NCBI GenBank assembly: GCA_033762915.1
Contig: JANRLD010000009.1
Location: 1 to 46,162 of the forward strand
Origin: Meiothermus sp.
GTDB lineage: Bacteria; Deinococcota; Deinococci; Deinococcales; Thermaceae
Length of the DNA: 46,162 nt
Direction: 5' to 3'
Positions 9,581-18,639 of this stretch are shown here, piece after piece. Every line of letters begins with the position of its first letter. Position 1 is the stretch's first letter. The notes under the pieces are model-generated. The model was not told the DNA's origin. It saw only the letters and a program-made list of their open reading frames with translations, and ran no database searches. A program made the translations under genes and the position numbers.

Positions 9581-10302
9581 GGTTGGTCGTGCTGGCCATG
9601 GCCGGGCTGGCCCTGGGTGGCTGCGTGCCCCAGGGCCAGCAACAGGCCCTGTCGGCCCCGCCACTGGCCCCGCAAGCGGCTGCCCTAAAGGCGCTCGAGT
9701 CCAGCCCGACAGTCCGCGTCGAGCGTTACTTCTTCAGCCTGGACTTTATCCCCCCCAACCCCAAGGGCGGCTTCGCCTTCTACCCCGGCGGGCGGGTCGA
9801 CTACCGGGCCTACGCCCCGGTGCTGAGGCGCATCGCCGAGGCCGGCTACCGGGTCTCGCTGATGGAGATGCCGCTGGCACTGGCCATTCTCGACGGCGGT
9901 CGGGCGGTGAGCGCCATCGCCAACGCCCCCCAACTGGGCTGGGTGGTTGGCGGTCATAGCCTGGGCGGTGTGGCGGCGGCCAACTTCGCGGCCGAGAACC
10001 CCGGTGTCCGAGGGATGGTACTGTGGGCCTCCTTCCCACAAAACGACCTCCGGGGCCGAACAATCCCCACCCTAGCGCTGTACGGCGAGCGCGACGGACT
10101 GATCGAGACCGGCAGGCGGGACGAGGAGGCCCTCAAGCTGCCTCGAGGCGCACAGGTTGCGGTCCTAACCGGCCTAAATCACGCGGGCTTCGGCGACTAC
10201 GGGGCCCAGCCCGGCGACAATCCGGCCACCCTGGGGCAGGAGCAGGGCTGGGAAGAGATCGCCCGGCGCACGGTGGCGTTTTTGGACCAGACCCTGAAGT
10301 AG
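9577..10302 (+). CDS. alpha/beta hydrolase lipoprotein, paralog of the upstream gene
   Basis: Lipobox LGGC; the same FYPGG, GHSLGG and NHAGFG motifs; GTGA overlap with the upstream stop. Confidence 0.85.
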   Translation: MRLVVLAMAGLALGGCVPQGQQQALSAPPLAPQAAALKALESSPTVRVERYFFSLDFIPPNPKGGFAFYPGGRVDYRAYAPVLRRIAEAGYRVSLMEMPLALAILDGGRAVSAIANAPQLGWVVGGHSLGGVAAANFAAENPGVRGMVLWASFPQNDLRGRTIPTLALYGERDGLIETGRRDEEALKLPRGAQVAVLTGLNHAGFGDYGAQPGDNPATLGQEQGWEEIARRTVAFLDQTLK

Positions 10303-10340
10303 AGACCTAACCGGCTAAACTGTGTCGGCTTTGGAGCAGG

Positions 10341-10463
10341 TCAGCCGGTGGGCATCAATAGGGCGAAGAGCACGAACAGCAGGGCGGCAATCGCGCCGGT
10401 GGCCAGGTCGAGGAGTACGTTACGGACTTCCTTTTCGTTATGTGCTTTGCGTGGCTTGACCAT
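10341..10463 (-). CDS. putative 40-aa single-pass membrane protein
   Basis: Manual translation MVKPRKAHNEKEVRNVLLDLATGAIAALLFVLFALLMPTG; below the ORF-track cutoff. Confidence 0.45.
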   Translation of the reverse strand: MVKPRKAHNEKEVRNVLLDLATGAIAALLFVLFALLMPTG

Positions 10464-10613
10464 GAGATATGTATACAGCGGAACCACCATTAAGTCAAGA
10501 ACATAATCGAATTGTGATTTTCATTAAGGGCATACGAATTGGCGGCCCAAAGATCAAAACTGCAGCCGGCCATCTGCCTCCCTCGAGTGGACGTGGGCGG
10601 TCGGCAGCAAAAC

Positions 10614-10642
10614 TTGCATTTTTACCGGCCTCGCTGAATAAT
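10614..10642 (+). promoter_or_regulatory. putative sigma70 promoter of the pyrimidine-degradation operon
   Basis: TTGCAT-N17-AATAAT, giving a leader of about 150 nt before preT. Confidence 0.5.
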
Positions 10643-10713
10643 CGTGTACGTAGTCACAAAACGCTGTGCCGAATAGAGTTTGGCGCACAGCCACAGTCCG
10701 AATCCACCACCCA

Positions 10714-10748
10714 AGGGTTAAGTCGGCTCCGGCGAGGGCACGAACCTT
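10714..10748 (+). promoter_or_regulatory. candidate PyrR-binding RNA hairpin
   Basis: AGGGTT-AAGT-CG-GCTC-CGGCGA-GGGC-A-CG-AACCTT: CNGNGA hexaloop, UCCNGNGAGG core and UUAA on the 5' side, as in PyrR binding loops. Confidence 0.55.
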
Positions 10749-10782
10749 CAGATCGCTCGATCTGAGGGGCGCTTTTGCTTTT
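10745..10782 (+). terminator. leader attenuator-like hairpin with an interrupted U-tract
   Basis: CCTTCAGATC-GCTC-GATCTGAGGG followed by GCGCTTTTGCTTTT, directly upstream of the preT RBS. Confidence 0.55.
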
Positions 10783-10797
10783 GCCAAAGGAGACAAG

Positions 10798-12135
10798 GTG
10801 AGTCAGCAGATCATACGGCCCGAAGAGGTGCTGGCGGAGTACTACCCGCCCATGACCGACCACGAAGCACTGGTGGAGGCAAACCGCTGCCTCTACTGCT
10901 ACGACGCGCCCTGTACCCACGCGTGTCCCACGCACATCGACATACCCAAGTTCATCAAGAAGATCGCCACCGAGAACGTGGTGGGCTCGGCGCGCACCAT
11001 CCTCGAGTCCAACCTGATGGGCGCGACCTGTGCGCGGGTCTGCCCGGTACAGGAGCTGTGCGAGGGCGCCTGTGTGCTGGGCTCCGACCACAAGCCCATC
11101 GCCATCGGGCGGCTGCAGCGCTACGCCACCGACCACGTTTATGAGCGCGGCATCGACGTGTTTAAGCCCGGTACGCCCACCGGCAAAAAGGTCGCGGTGA
11201 TCGGCTCGGGGCCTGCGGGCCTAACCTGCGCGGGCGAGCTGGCCAAGCTGGGCCACAGCGTGACCGTTTTTGAAAAGCGCGAGTTGGCCAACGGGCTTTC
11301 CACCTACGGCATCATCGTGCTGCGGGAGCCGCTCGAGGTGGCCCAGGCCGAGGTGGAGATGATCCAGCGGCTCGGGGTGGAGGTCAAGACCCAGATGGAG
11401 TTGGGCGGCAACCTGAGCTGGGACGAGGTCAAGGCAGGCTTCGATGCGGTGTTTGTCAGCGTGGGGCTGGGTGCAGTGCCGGCCATGGGCATTCCCGGCG
11501 AGGAGCACATCCTCGACGGCCTCGAGTACATCGAGGCCTCCAAGCTCGACCCCGGCGGCATGCAAATCGGCCAGAATGTTGTCGTGATCGGCGCGGGCAA
11601 CACTGCCGTTGACGCGGCCACGGTCGCCAAGCGCCTTGGGGCCGAGCGGGTCACCATGGTCTATCGCCGCACCGACCGCGAGATGACCGCCTACGAGCAC
11701 GAGTACAGCTTCATCAAAAACGAGGGCGTGGACTTCCGCTTCCTGACCCAGCCGATCGAGGTCGTGAGCGAGGGCGGCAAGGTCACGGGCCTTAAGTGCG
11801 TGCGGATGGCACTGGGTGCGCCCGATGCCTCGGGTCGTCCGTCGCCGCAGCCCGTAGCGGGTTCTGAGTTCGTGCTGCCCTGCGACCAGGTGGTTAAAGC
11901 CATCGGCCAGGAGAAACCGGCCCTGGCCAAGCTGATTGGCCTCGAGACCGACAAAGGCTATATCAAGATCAACGATGACTTTGAGACCAGCGTTCCCAAC
12001 GTCTTCGCGGGCGGCGACTGCGTGCGGGCCAGGGGCTCGGCCTCGACGGTGATGGCGGTACAAGACGGCAAGTTAGCGGCGTTCTCGATCCACCGCAAGC
12101 TGGTTCCCAGCATGGGCGCCGCGGCGGACGACTAA
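10798..12135 (+). CDS. preT: dihydropyrimidine dehydrogenase subunit PreT (FAD/NAD, GltD-like)
   Basis: EANRCLYCYDAPC, CPTHIDIP, GSGPAG and GAGNTAVD motifs; AAGGAG RBS before GTG 10798; adjacent to preA. Confidence 0.9.
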   Translation: MSQQIIRPEEVLAEYYPPMTDHEALVEANRCLYCYDAPCTHACPTHIDIPKFIKKIATENVVGSARTILESNLMGATCARVCPVQELCEGACVLGSDHKPIAIGRLQRYATDHVYERGIDVFKPGTPTGKKVAVIGSGPAGLTCAGELAKLGHSVTVFEKRELANGLSTYGIIVLREPLEVAQAEVEMIQRLGVEVKTQMELGGNLSWDEVKAGFDAVFVSVGLGAVPAMGIPGEEHILDGLEYIEASKLDPGGMQIGQNVVVIGAGNTAVDAATVAKRLGAERVTMVYRRTDREMTAYEHEYSFIKNEGVDFRFLTQPIEVVSEGGKVTGLKCVRMALGAPDASGRPSPQPVAGSEFVLPCDQVVKAIGQEKPALAKLIGLETDKGYIKINDDFETSVPNVFAGGDCVRARGSASTVMAVQDGKLAAFSIHRKLVPSMGAAADD

Positions 12136-12172
12136 ACGCTTGGGGTAGCAATGTTCTACCAACGCTGGTGTA

Positions 12173-12280
12173 AATCCCCCCGACCTTTGGCCACCCCCCT
12201 TTGGCGCAAGCGCTTGAAGGGCAAAGATGTGCCTGGGTTGGCCCCCATAACCAGGGGGCTCCGCGAAGCTTTGGGGGATC
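12173..12280. repeat. degenerate C-run/G-run palindromic intergenic element
   Basis: AATCCCCCCGACCTTTGGCCACCCCCCTTT ... AGGGGGCT ... GGGGGAT. Confidence 0.35.
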
Positions 12281-12298
12281 GCCCTTAAGGAGTCAAAC

Positions 12299-13684
12299 AT
12301 GGCAGACCTGAAAATCAACTTCGCCGGCATCAAATCGCCCAATCCGTTCTGGTTGGCTTCGGCGCCGCCTTCCAACTCAGGCGCGCAGGTGCATAAGGCC
12401 TTCGAGTACGGCTGGGGCGGCGCGGTCTGGAAGACCATCGGAGCCCCGGTGCTCAACGTCTCCAACCGCTACGGGGCCTGGCACTACGGTGGGCAGAAGA
12501 TGCTGGCCATCAACAACGTCGAGCTGATTTCCGACCGCCCCCTCGAGATAAACCTCCGCGAAATCCGCGACGTGAAGCGCAACTGGCCCGACCGGGCGGT
12601 GGTGGTATCGGCGATGGTGGAGTCGAACCCACAGGCCTGGCGCGACATCATCCTAAAGATCGAGGACACCGGCGCCGACGGCATCGAGCTGAACTATGGC
12701 TGCCCCCACGGCATGAGCGAGCGCGGTATGGGCGCGGCGGTGGGCCAGGTGCCCGAATACTGCGAGCAGATCACGCGGTGGGTGATGGACGTGGCCAAGA
12801 TACCGGTCATCGTTAAGCTCACCCCCAACGTCTCGAGCGTGGTCCCCCCCGCCCACGCGGCGATTGCGGCAGGCGCAAACGCGCTATCGCTGATCAACAC
12901 CATCAACTCGATTGTGGCCGTGGACTTAGACACCCTGGCCATCACCCCCAACATCGGCGGCAAAGGCGGGCACGGCGGCTACGCCGGGCCGGCGGTCAAG
13001 CCCATCGCGCTTAATATGCTCTCCTCGCTGGGCGTGGACGAGCGGGTGATCAAGTCGGGCGTGCCCATCAGCGGCATGGGCGGCATCTCGACCTGGAAGG
13101 ACGCAGCCGAGTTCCTGCTGCTGGGCGCGACCAGCCTTCAGGTATGCACCGCTGTGATGCACTACGGTTTCCGCATCATCGAAGACCTGTGCGACGGGCT
13201 CTCGAGCTGGATGGACTCCAAGGGCTTCAAGACCATCGACGAGGTGGTGGGCAAGAGCCTGACCCGCATCTCAGACTTCAAGGACTTCGACCTCTCCTTC
13301 CGCGCGGTGGCCCGCATCGACACCGACAAGTGCATCCAGTGCAACCTTTGCTACGTGGCCTGCAACGACACCGCCCACCAGTGCATCGACCTGGTGGACT
13401 CCAGCGGCAGTCTGGTGCAGCCCTACGCTTACGACGTGCGCAGCAACGGGAAACTCGAGGCCACCACCACCCGCCCGCAGCCGGTGGTGCGCGAGGAAGA
13501 CTGCGTAGGCTGCCGCCTCTGCCACAACGTCTGCCCCGTCGAGGACTGCATCGACATGGTAGAAGTCCCCTCGGGCCGTACCCCCGTGACCTGGGATCAG
13601 CTGTCGAAGAACCGCACCGAAGTCACCAATGACTGGGAGGCCATGAAGCGCTACCGGGACGAAGTAGGGATTGATATTCACTGA
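12299..13684 (+). CDS. preA: dihydropyrimidine dehydrogenase subunit PreA (FMN and Fe-S)
   Basis: NPFWLASAPP, ELN.GCPHG, KLTPN, GGYAGPAVKPIAL; two C-terminal 4Fe-4S motifs. Confidence 0.95.
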   Translation: MADLKINFAGIKSPNPFWLASAPPSNSGAQVHKAFEYGWGGAVWKTIGAPVLNVSNRYGAWHYGGQKMLAINNVELISDRPLEINLREIRDVKRNWPDRAVVVSAMVESNPQAWRDIILKIEDTGADGIELNYGCPHGMSERGMGAAVGQVPEYCEQITRWVMDVAKIPVIVKLTPNVSSVVPPAHAAIAAGANALSLINTINSIVAVDLDTLAITPNIGGKGGHGGYAGPAVKPIALNMLSSLGVDERVIKSGVPISGMGGISTWKDAAEFLLLGATSLQVCTAVMHYGFRIIEDLCDGLSSWMDSKGFKTIDEVVGKSLTRISDFKDFDLSFRAVARIDTDKCIQCNLCYVACNDTAHQCIDLVDSSGSLVQPYAYDVRSNGKLEATTTRPQPVVREEDCVGCRLCHNVCPVEDCIDMVEVPSGRTPVTWDQLSKNRTEVTNDWEAMKRYRDEVGIDIH

Positions 13685-13693
13685 TTCCGAGGA

Positions 13694-13720
13694 GTGGGGA
13701 CGTAGTGCCTACGTCCCCAC
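13694..13720. repeat. REP-like perfect palindrome
   Basis: GTGGGGACGTAG-TGC-CTACGTCCCCAC, 12-bp stem. Confidence 0.6.
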
Positions 13721-13752
13721 AAACCCAAAAAAGTGTATGAACACATCCAACT

Positions 13753-14640
13753 ATGAACTTTGACGATGTTTTCAAAGCGCACATACCCCCAGCATTCAGA
13801 GAAGATTGCCTTGATATCTTGGCTCGAGCCGTACTGACCATTACGAAATTCACTGGCAAAAACTGGTCACTTAGGGTATCGGCGAACAATGGAATCATGC
13901 TCAAAGTTGGTGCCCATGAGGTAATTCAGTTTGTAAGAAGTGGGGCCTACTTCATTGTTGACACCGCTACAATACGCGACGAACTTAGAAAAGAGCAAAT
14001 CTACGTTTTCTCCAACGGTTACGACTACAAGCACAAACCTACTACCATCGGCTTCTATCCATCGAACCCTGGCACGGAAGCCTGCGACACTAAAGTCGAG
14101 AATGCAAAAACGCTATTCGACCAGATAACTGATTCCTTCGTGGAGGCAGTTAAGCGGGCAGCTAGAACGAGACCCAACCCGTCCAATCGTAAAACCCATT
14201 CCCGAGAGTTCGTTGAGTACATCAAAGTCAGGACTGGCATAGCTGTACCTCAACCGAACTATGTAGATATCACTTATCGACCAAGCGCCGTAGATGAACG
14301 GCTGGTTGAAGGTGCAGTGCAGACGCGCCTAGTCACAATCTATGGGCGTGATCCAAAAGCTCGAAAAGAGTGTCTGGAGTACTACGGAACAACCTGCTAT
14401 GTCTGTCAGATGATCATGGAACAGGTTTATGGGGACATAGGGAAAAATGTCATCCACGTGCACCACGAGATACCAATTTCGACGCAAAAGGAATCTCATT
14501 CTGTAAATCCTATTGAGGATCTAAAGCCCGTCTGTCCAAACTGTCATGCTGTTCTTCATTCCAAAGCACCTCCTTACTCTCTCGAGGAAGTTCGACAGGC
14601 GTTTCTCTCAAAAAGAAACGGATTCGCCATGAAGGAGTAG
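13753..14640 (+). CDS. HNH endonuclease (McrA-like C-terminal domain), low GC
   Basis: R.P.AR..CL.YYG..CYVC, IHVHH..P.S, DL.PVCPNCH..LH; markedly more AT-rich than its neighbours. Confidence 0.85.
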   Translation: MNFDDVFKAHIPPAFREDCLDILARAVLTITKFTGKNWSLRVSANNGIMLKVGAHEVIQFVRSGAYFIVDTATIRDELRKEQIYVFSNGYDYKHKPTTIGFYPSNPGTEACDTKVENAKTLFDQITDSFVEAVKRAARTRPNPSNRKTHSREFVEYIKVRTGIAVPQPNYVDITYRPSAVDERLVEGAVQTRLVTIYGRDPKARKECLEYYGTTCYVCQMIMEQVYGDIGKNVIHVHHEIPISTQKESHSVNPIEDLKPVCPNCHAVLHSKAPPYSLEEVRQAFLSKRNGFAMKE

Positions 14641-14641
14641 A

Positions 14642-15988
14642 ATGACCCCACTCGAGCAAAAACTATCCGAACTCATGGCCCGCTACCGCGTTCCTGGCGT
14701 AGCGGTCGGCATCCTGCAAGATGGCGTGGAAACCTATGCCTGTGAGGGCGTAACGGACGTGTTCAACCCGTTGGAGGTCACCCGCGACACCTTGTTCCAG
14801 ATCGCCTCCAACACCAAGACCATGACCGGGGTCCTGGCGATGAAGCTGGTCGAGGAAGGCAGGCTAGAACTGGATAAGCCGGTTGTGGGGTATTTGCCCG
14901 AACTCAAGCTGGCCGACCCCCAGGTGACGCAAACCGCGACGATGCGCCACCTCTTCAACCACACCGGCGGCTGGGTCGGCGACCTGTTCGGCAATACCGG
15001 CGACGGCGACGACGCACTGCAGATGTACGTGGCGAATGTGGAGAAGATGCCGCAGATCACCCCGCTCGGCTCGCTGTGGCACTACAACAACGCCGGCTTC
15101 GGGATCGCGGGCCGGGTGATCGAGGTGCTTACCGGCCAGACTTTTGAGGCGGCCACCCAGAAAATGTTGTTCGAGCCCTTGGGCATGGAGCGCTCCAACT
15201 TCTTCCCGCACGAGGCCATCCTGCACCGGCACTGCATCGGACACTACCTCGACGAGCGCGAACAGTTCCAGGTGGCCAAGCCCTGGGCGTTCTCGAGGGC
15301 GGTCGGGCCGGTGGGGCGGGTCAACTCCAGCGCCCGAGAGATGCTCAAATACGCCCGGATGCACCTAGAGGGTGGCCTGGGGGTGCTCTCCCCTACTTCT
15401 GTGCAAGCCATGCAGCAGGTGACGGCCAAGGGCCAGCTCGACGACGAGTTTGGGGTGACCTGGTGGATGCGGGATTTCCTTGATGCGGACGGCCACAAGG
15501 TGCGGGCCATCCTCCACGGCGGCGCGGCCAATGGGCAGATGAGCGCGTTCTGGCTGGTGCCCTCGCGCAACTTCGCCGCGGTGATCCTGACCAACGCCCA
15601 GAAAGGCACCTATCTCCACGGAGAGCTGAACGCCTGGATCAACGAGCAGTTCCTGGGCCTCAAGGCCCCGGAGCAGAAGACCGTAAACGCCAGCGAGTCG
15701 GAGCTGCGGGAGTACACCGGCCGATATGTTGGGCACGCCTTCGGGACGGCGGTCGAGGTCTACCTCGAGAACGGAACGCTCTGGCACAAGGTGGTGCCGG
15801 GCGACACCTCGAGCGTCACCACCACGCCTGTACCGCCGCTGCCCCCGGCCCGGCTCGAGCTGCTGGAGAAAGAAAGGCTGGGCGTACTGGAGGGCGACGG
15901 CAAGGGCGGGAAGCTCGAGATTTTGCGCAATGGTGAGGGGCAGATCGTCTGGTTGAGGACGGGTGGACGGCTACACGCGCGGCAGTAA
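14642..15988 (+). CDS. serine hydrolase, beta-lactamase/PBP-like family
   Basis: F.IASNTK (SxxK), HYNN (YxN), HGG motifs. Confidence 0.9.
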   Translation: MTPLEQKLSELMARYRVPGVAVGILQDGVETYACEGVTDVFNPLEVTRDTLFQIASNTKTMTGVLAMKLVEEGRLELDKPVVGYLPELKLADPQVTQTATMRHLFNHTGGWVGDLFGNTGDGDDALQMYVANVEKMPQITPLGSLWHYNNAGFGIAGRVIEVLTGQTFEAATQKMLFEPLGMERSNFFPHEAILHRHCIGHYLDEREQFQVAKPWAFSRAVGPVGRVNSSAREMLKYARMHLEGGLGVLSPTSVQAMQQVTAKGQLDDEFGVTWWMRDFLDADGHKVRAILHGGAANGQMSAFWLVPSRNFAAVILTNAQKGTYLHGELNAWINEQFLGLKAPEQKTVNASESELREYTGRYVGHAFGTAVEVYLENGTLWHKVVPGDTSSVTTTPVPPLPPARLELLEKERLGVLEGDGKGGKLEILRNGEGQIVWLRTGGRLHARQ

Positions 15989-16000
15989 CTGGAGGTGGTT

Positions 16001-17089
16001 ATGAAGGTGGTTGCTCGAGTTCTAACCCTCGGTCTGGCGGGATTAGGATTGGCGGCTGCCCCAGGCCAGGTCACCAGCGCCCCTCAGATGAACCTGTCCA
16101 GAGCCGGCCATAGTGCCACCCTGCTGCCCAGCGGGCAGGTACTTGTTGCGGGCGGCTGCATCGCCACGGGCTGCGAGAACGGGCTGACCGCCTCGGCAGA
16201 ACTCTACGACCTCGAGCGCAACACCTTTACGCGCACCTCTTCGATGAAGGTGGCCCGAGTTGGTCACCGGGCCGTGTTGCTACACAGCGGAAAGGTACTC
16301 ATTCTGGGCGGCTGGGCGGGCAACAACGCCAGCAACCAAGCCGAGCTTTTTCACCCTGCCGACCGCAGTTTTAGCAGCGCGGGAACCATGCTCGAGCCGC
16401 GTGACGGCTTTAGCGCGACCCTACTTAAAGATGGCCGGGTGCTGGTTGTGGGCGGTTACAACGGCAGGATGCAGCGCCTCAAGAGCGCGGAAATCTACGA
16501 CCCCAAGACAGCAGAGTTCAGACCTGCCGGTTCGCTCGCTGTAGAGCGCATGGCCCACAGCGCCACCCTGCTCGACGATGGTCGGGTGCTGGTGGCGGGT
16601 GGAAGCCAGAACCGCGATACCGTCCTCTCGAGTGCCGAGCTGTACGACCCCCAATCCGGCAGCTTTAGCCCCGCGCCTCCAATGCTGACCGCCCGACACA
16701 AGCACGCCGCCTTGGCCCTCCCCAACGGCAAGGTGCTCGTCACGGGCGGGGCCGGAGTTGGCGAGTCCTCGCAGCAGTACGACAGCACCGAGCTGTTCGA
16801 CCCCAGAGTGGACCGTTTCACCCCAGGCCCGACCATGGAGGCCAGCCGTTTCAAAATCCCCGATGCCCTGGCCCTGCTGAAAACCGGTGAGGTGTTGGTC
16901 GGGGGTAGTGCCACTCAGGTGGAGTTGTACAATCCAACCACCAATAGCTTCCGCGTGGCGCGGGGCAGCCTGAGCGAGGAACTATCCTTCACCACCGCCA
17001 CCCTGTTGCCGAGCGGAAGCGTTCTAATCGCGGGCGGATACAACTCGAGGATCGAAGTCACCAACAAGACCTGGTTTTACCGGGAGTGA
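16001..17089 (+). CDS. secreted Kelch-repeat beta-propeller protein
   Basis: Signal peptide; repeated R..HSATLL.DG.VLV.GG......SAELYDP units. Confidence 0.9.
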   Translation: MKVVARVLTLGLAGLGLAAAPGQVTSAPQMNLSRAGHSATLLPSGQVLVAGGCIATGCENGLTASAELYDLERNTFTRTSSMKVARVGHRAVLLHSGKVLILGGWAGNNASNQAELFHPADRSFSSAGTMLEPRDGFSATLLKDGRVLVVGGYNGRMQRLKSAEIYDPKTAEFRPAGSLAVERMAHSATLLDDGRVLVAGGSQNRDTVLSSAELYDPQSGSFSPAPPMLTARHKHAALALPNGKVLVTGGAGVGESSQQYDSTELFDPRVDRFTPGPTMEASRFKIPDALALLKTGEVLVGGSATQVELYNPTTNSFRVARGSLSEELSFTTATLLPSGSVLIAGGYNSRIEVTNKTWFYRE

Positions 17090-17103
17090 GGAGAAGGAAA
17101 GTT

Positions 17104-18483
17104 ATGGGACTACTGGTTAAGAACGGCGAAATCATCACTGCAGATTCCCGCTACAAGGCCGACATCTACGCCGAGGGGGAGACCATCACCCGCATCGGGA
17201 CCAACCTCGAGGTGCCCCCCGGTACCGAGGTCGTGGACGCCACGGGCAAGTACGTTTTCCCCGGCTTCATCGACCCCCACGTACATGTCTACTTGCCCTT
17301 CATGGCCACCTTCGCCAAGGACAACCACGCCGCGGCCTCCAAGGCGGCCCTGATCGGGGGGACCACCACCTTCATCGAGATGTGCTGCCCCAGCCGCAAC
17401 GACGACGCCCTCGAGGGCTACCACCTGTGGAAGTCCAAGGCCGAGGGCCAGAGTGCTTGCGACTACACCTTCCACATGTCGGTCACCAAGTACGACCCCG
17501 CCACCGAGGCCCAGCTCAAGGAGATCGTGGCCGACGGGATTAACAGCTTCAAGATTTTCCTCAGCTACAAGAACTTTTTCGGCGTCGAGGACGGCGAGAT
17601 GTACCAGACCATGACGCTGGCCAAGAAGCTGGGGGTCATTGTCACCGCGCACTGCGAGAACGCCGAGCTGGTGGGCCAGCTCCAGCAGCGCCTGCTGTCC
17701 GAAGGCAAAACCGGTCCGGGCTTCCACGAGCCGAGCCGCCCGGAGTCGGTCGAGGCCGAGGGCACCGCGCGGTTCGCCACCTTCCTGCAGAACACCGGGG
17801 CCACCGGCTATGTGGTGCACCTGTCGTGCAAGCCGGCCCTCGAGGCCGCGATGGCGGCGAAGTCGCGGGGCGTGCCGATTTACATCGAGTCGGTGGTGCC
17901 GCACTTTCTGCTCGACAAGACCTACGCCGAGCGCGAGGGCGTGGAAGGGATGAAGCACGTGATGTCGCCCCCGCTGCGCGAGAAGGGCAACCAGAAGGCG
18001 CTTTGGGATGCGCTGGCCCAGGGGTTCATCGACACCGTGGGGACCGACCACTGCCCCTTCGACACCGGGCAAAAGGCCCTGGGCAAGGACTCATTCACTT
18101 CCATTCCCAACGGGATTCCAGGCCTCGAGGACCGGGTCAACCTGATGTATACCTACGGCGTCTCGCGGGGTCACCTCGACATCCACCGCTTTGTCGATGC
18201 TAACTCCACCAAGGCGGCCAAGCTGTTCGGGCTCTTCCCGCGCAAGGGCACCGTGGCGGTGGGCAGTGATGCCGACCTGGTGATCTACGACCCCGCTCAC
18301 CGTGGCACCATCTCGGCCAAGACCCAGGCCGGCATCAACGATTACAACGGCTTCGAGGGCTTCGAGATCGACGGCCGGGCCAGCGTGGTCACGGTGCGCG
18401 GCAGGGTGCAGGTGAAGGACGGGCAGTTCGTGGGCGAGGCCGGGCGGGGCAGGCTCCTGAAGCGCGAGCCGATGTACTTCTGA
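17104..18483 (+). CDS. hydA: dihydropyrimidinase (D-hydantoinase)
   Basis: PGFIDPHVH, GGTTT, SFKIFL, HCEN, MSPPLR, TDHCPF, GSDADLVI.DP. Confidence 0.95.
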   Translation: MGLLVKNGEIITADSRYKADIYAEGETITRIGTNLEVPPGTEVVDATGKYVFPGFIDPHVHVYLPFMATFAKDNHAAASKAALIGGTTTFIEMCCPSRNDDALEGYHLWKSKAEGQSACDYTFHMSVTKYDPATEAQLKEIVADGINSFKIFLSYKNFFGVEDGEMYQTMTLAKKLGVIVTAHCENAELVGQLQQRLLSEGKTGPGFHEPSRPESVEAEGTARFATFLQNTGATGYVVHLSCKPALEAAMAAKSRGVPIYIESVVPHFLLDKTYAEREGVEGMKHVMSPPLREKGNQKALWDALAQGFIDTVGTDHCPFDTGQKALGKDSFTSIPNGIPGLEDRVNLMYTYGVSRGHLDIHRFVDANSTKAAKLFGLFPRKGTVAVGSDADLVIYDPAHRGTISAKTQAGINDYNGFEGFEIDGRASVVTVRGRVQVKDGQFVGEAGRGRLLKREPMYF

Positions 18484-18489
18484 GGTGAC

Positions 18490-18639
18490 ATGAACCAGTC
18501 CCGGCCGTTTTTTCTCGCGGGCGCGTTGTGTATGACAGGTGCACTCTCGCTGGCGGGTGGCAACCGTGCCGGGGCTGCCTTTCTCGGTGTTGGGGCGGTT
18601 TTCATTGTGCTCGGGGCGCAGCGCTCGAGGAGTACCTGA
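18490..18639 (+). CDS. 49-aa two-TM small membrane protein
   Basis: GAGGTG RBS; MNQSRPFFLAGALCMTGALSLAGGNRAGAAFLGVGAVFIVLGAQRSRST; its TGA overlaps the next ATG (TGATG). Confidence 0.6.
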   Translation: MNQSRPFFLAGALCMTGALSLAGGNRAGAAFLGVGAVFIVLGAQRSRST

